From Lingula anatina (lineage: Eukaryota; Animalia; Brachiopoda), in contig CM120644.1 in NCBI GenBank assembly GCA_051362555.1, positions 10,934,567-10,998,566 of the forward strand: DNA of 64,000 bases, in the 5' to 3' direction. A model generated the notes under the pieces. The model was not told the origin of the DNA and searched no databases. It saw only the letters and a list, made by a program, of their open reading frames with translations. This document shows, piece by piece, positions 63,118 through 64,000 of this stretch. A program made the translations under genes and the position numbers. Within the stretch, counting starts at the first letter, position 1. Each line of letters begins with the position of its first letter.

Positions 63118-64000
63118 ATTCGTCTAGATTCACAATATGACTTGGTTTGTATTATAACTGTAGCCTACTGCTTCTCCAGGTAGAGCAGCTTTTGCCAGGA
63201 AAGTCTTATTCCGTAGTGCAGAAGACCCGTTATTGTCGTTGGTTATTCTAAATGTGACTTGAACGTGAAAACTCTAACTGGCTGTTGATAAGCACCAACT
63301 GCCGTTGATAAATATAAACTTGGCGATACTGACTGCAAATGTGACCAAACTAGAACAAGTTGAACATTAAGTTCACGTGTAGGTTGAAATGGGTCATACA
63401 AGTTTACATATTAACTACAGCGAGCTGGGATGTTAACAGAGCTGTTTTTATGACGCTGGCTTGATGTTTTGTCTAAACGTAGCTCGCCGTGATTATTGTA
63501 CTGCTTTTGTTCAATTTACTAAGAACTCTACAAGAATGCCCCACAACAGAGAAAAGTATCAAAATCCCAATTTGCCAACGTGACTGTACTGCGTAGATTT
63601 ATTATCAAACGTCTTAGAAGAACACCAATTAACAGCGGTAGTCTGTCCTAAATGTTAGGTAAAATACACATAAATTGCGTAGACTTGGCTTGGAAAGCCT
63701 ACTGATTCACGCCAACGTGTTTTATAAATTACAAAACTCGCGGATTCGTAGGCCCAAGATTTATCATGCCATGGTCGGATGTCAAAAGGATTGGAAGCGT
63801 GCTGTTGTTGAGCCGTTATAAATAAACCAATATCTGTACATTGCATATCTTGAATTCATATAGTTCCTCCGATTATCATACTGTGCATTAGGTGCGTAGA
63901 TGTACTAAGCTGATAGCGCATTATTTCAGGTGACTTGATAATAGGTGTGATTACTGTTGTGATAGGTGAGAAGTGATTGTGGTGGGATCGTTGCTACAGA

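Overview
AT-rich, intron-containing animal genomic DNA, probably from a marine invertebrate (lophotrochozoan or mollusc-like; this is inference). The core (about 8.3-45.3 kb) is a rearranged cluster of EF-hand genes of the sarcoplasmic Ca-binding protein (SCP) / coelenterazine-binding protein / photoprotein fold. Seven copies have complete bodies (two of these with C-terminal lesions), one is a clear pseudogene, and there are three orphan first exons. Two subfamilies share one layout: a 210-213 bp exon encoding an Arg-rich, mitochondrial-presequence-like leader, a 157 bp exon, and a final exon of about 400 bp. Flanking genes are a secreted Pro-rich/TSP1/Gly-Val-Asn-rich protein with a decayed duplicate, a single-exon class A GPCR, and a spliced gene for a bacterial-type CBM9-like protein. 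Non-autonomous DNA transposons are abundant: a fold-back Tc1 derivative, Kolobok-like TTAA elements (one with a THAP ORF), and MULE-, Harbinger- and hAT/P-like elements. LINE fragments and TACATGTA footprints also occur. All gene models were built by eye from GT-AG junctions and paralog comparison; no database searches were run.
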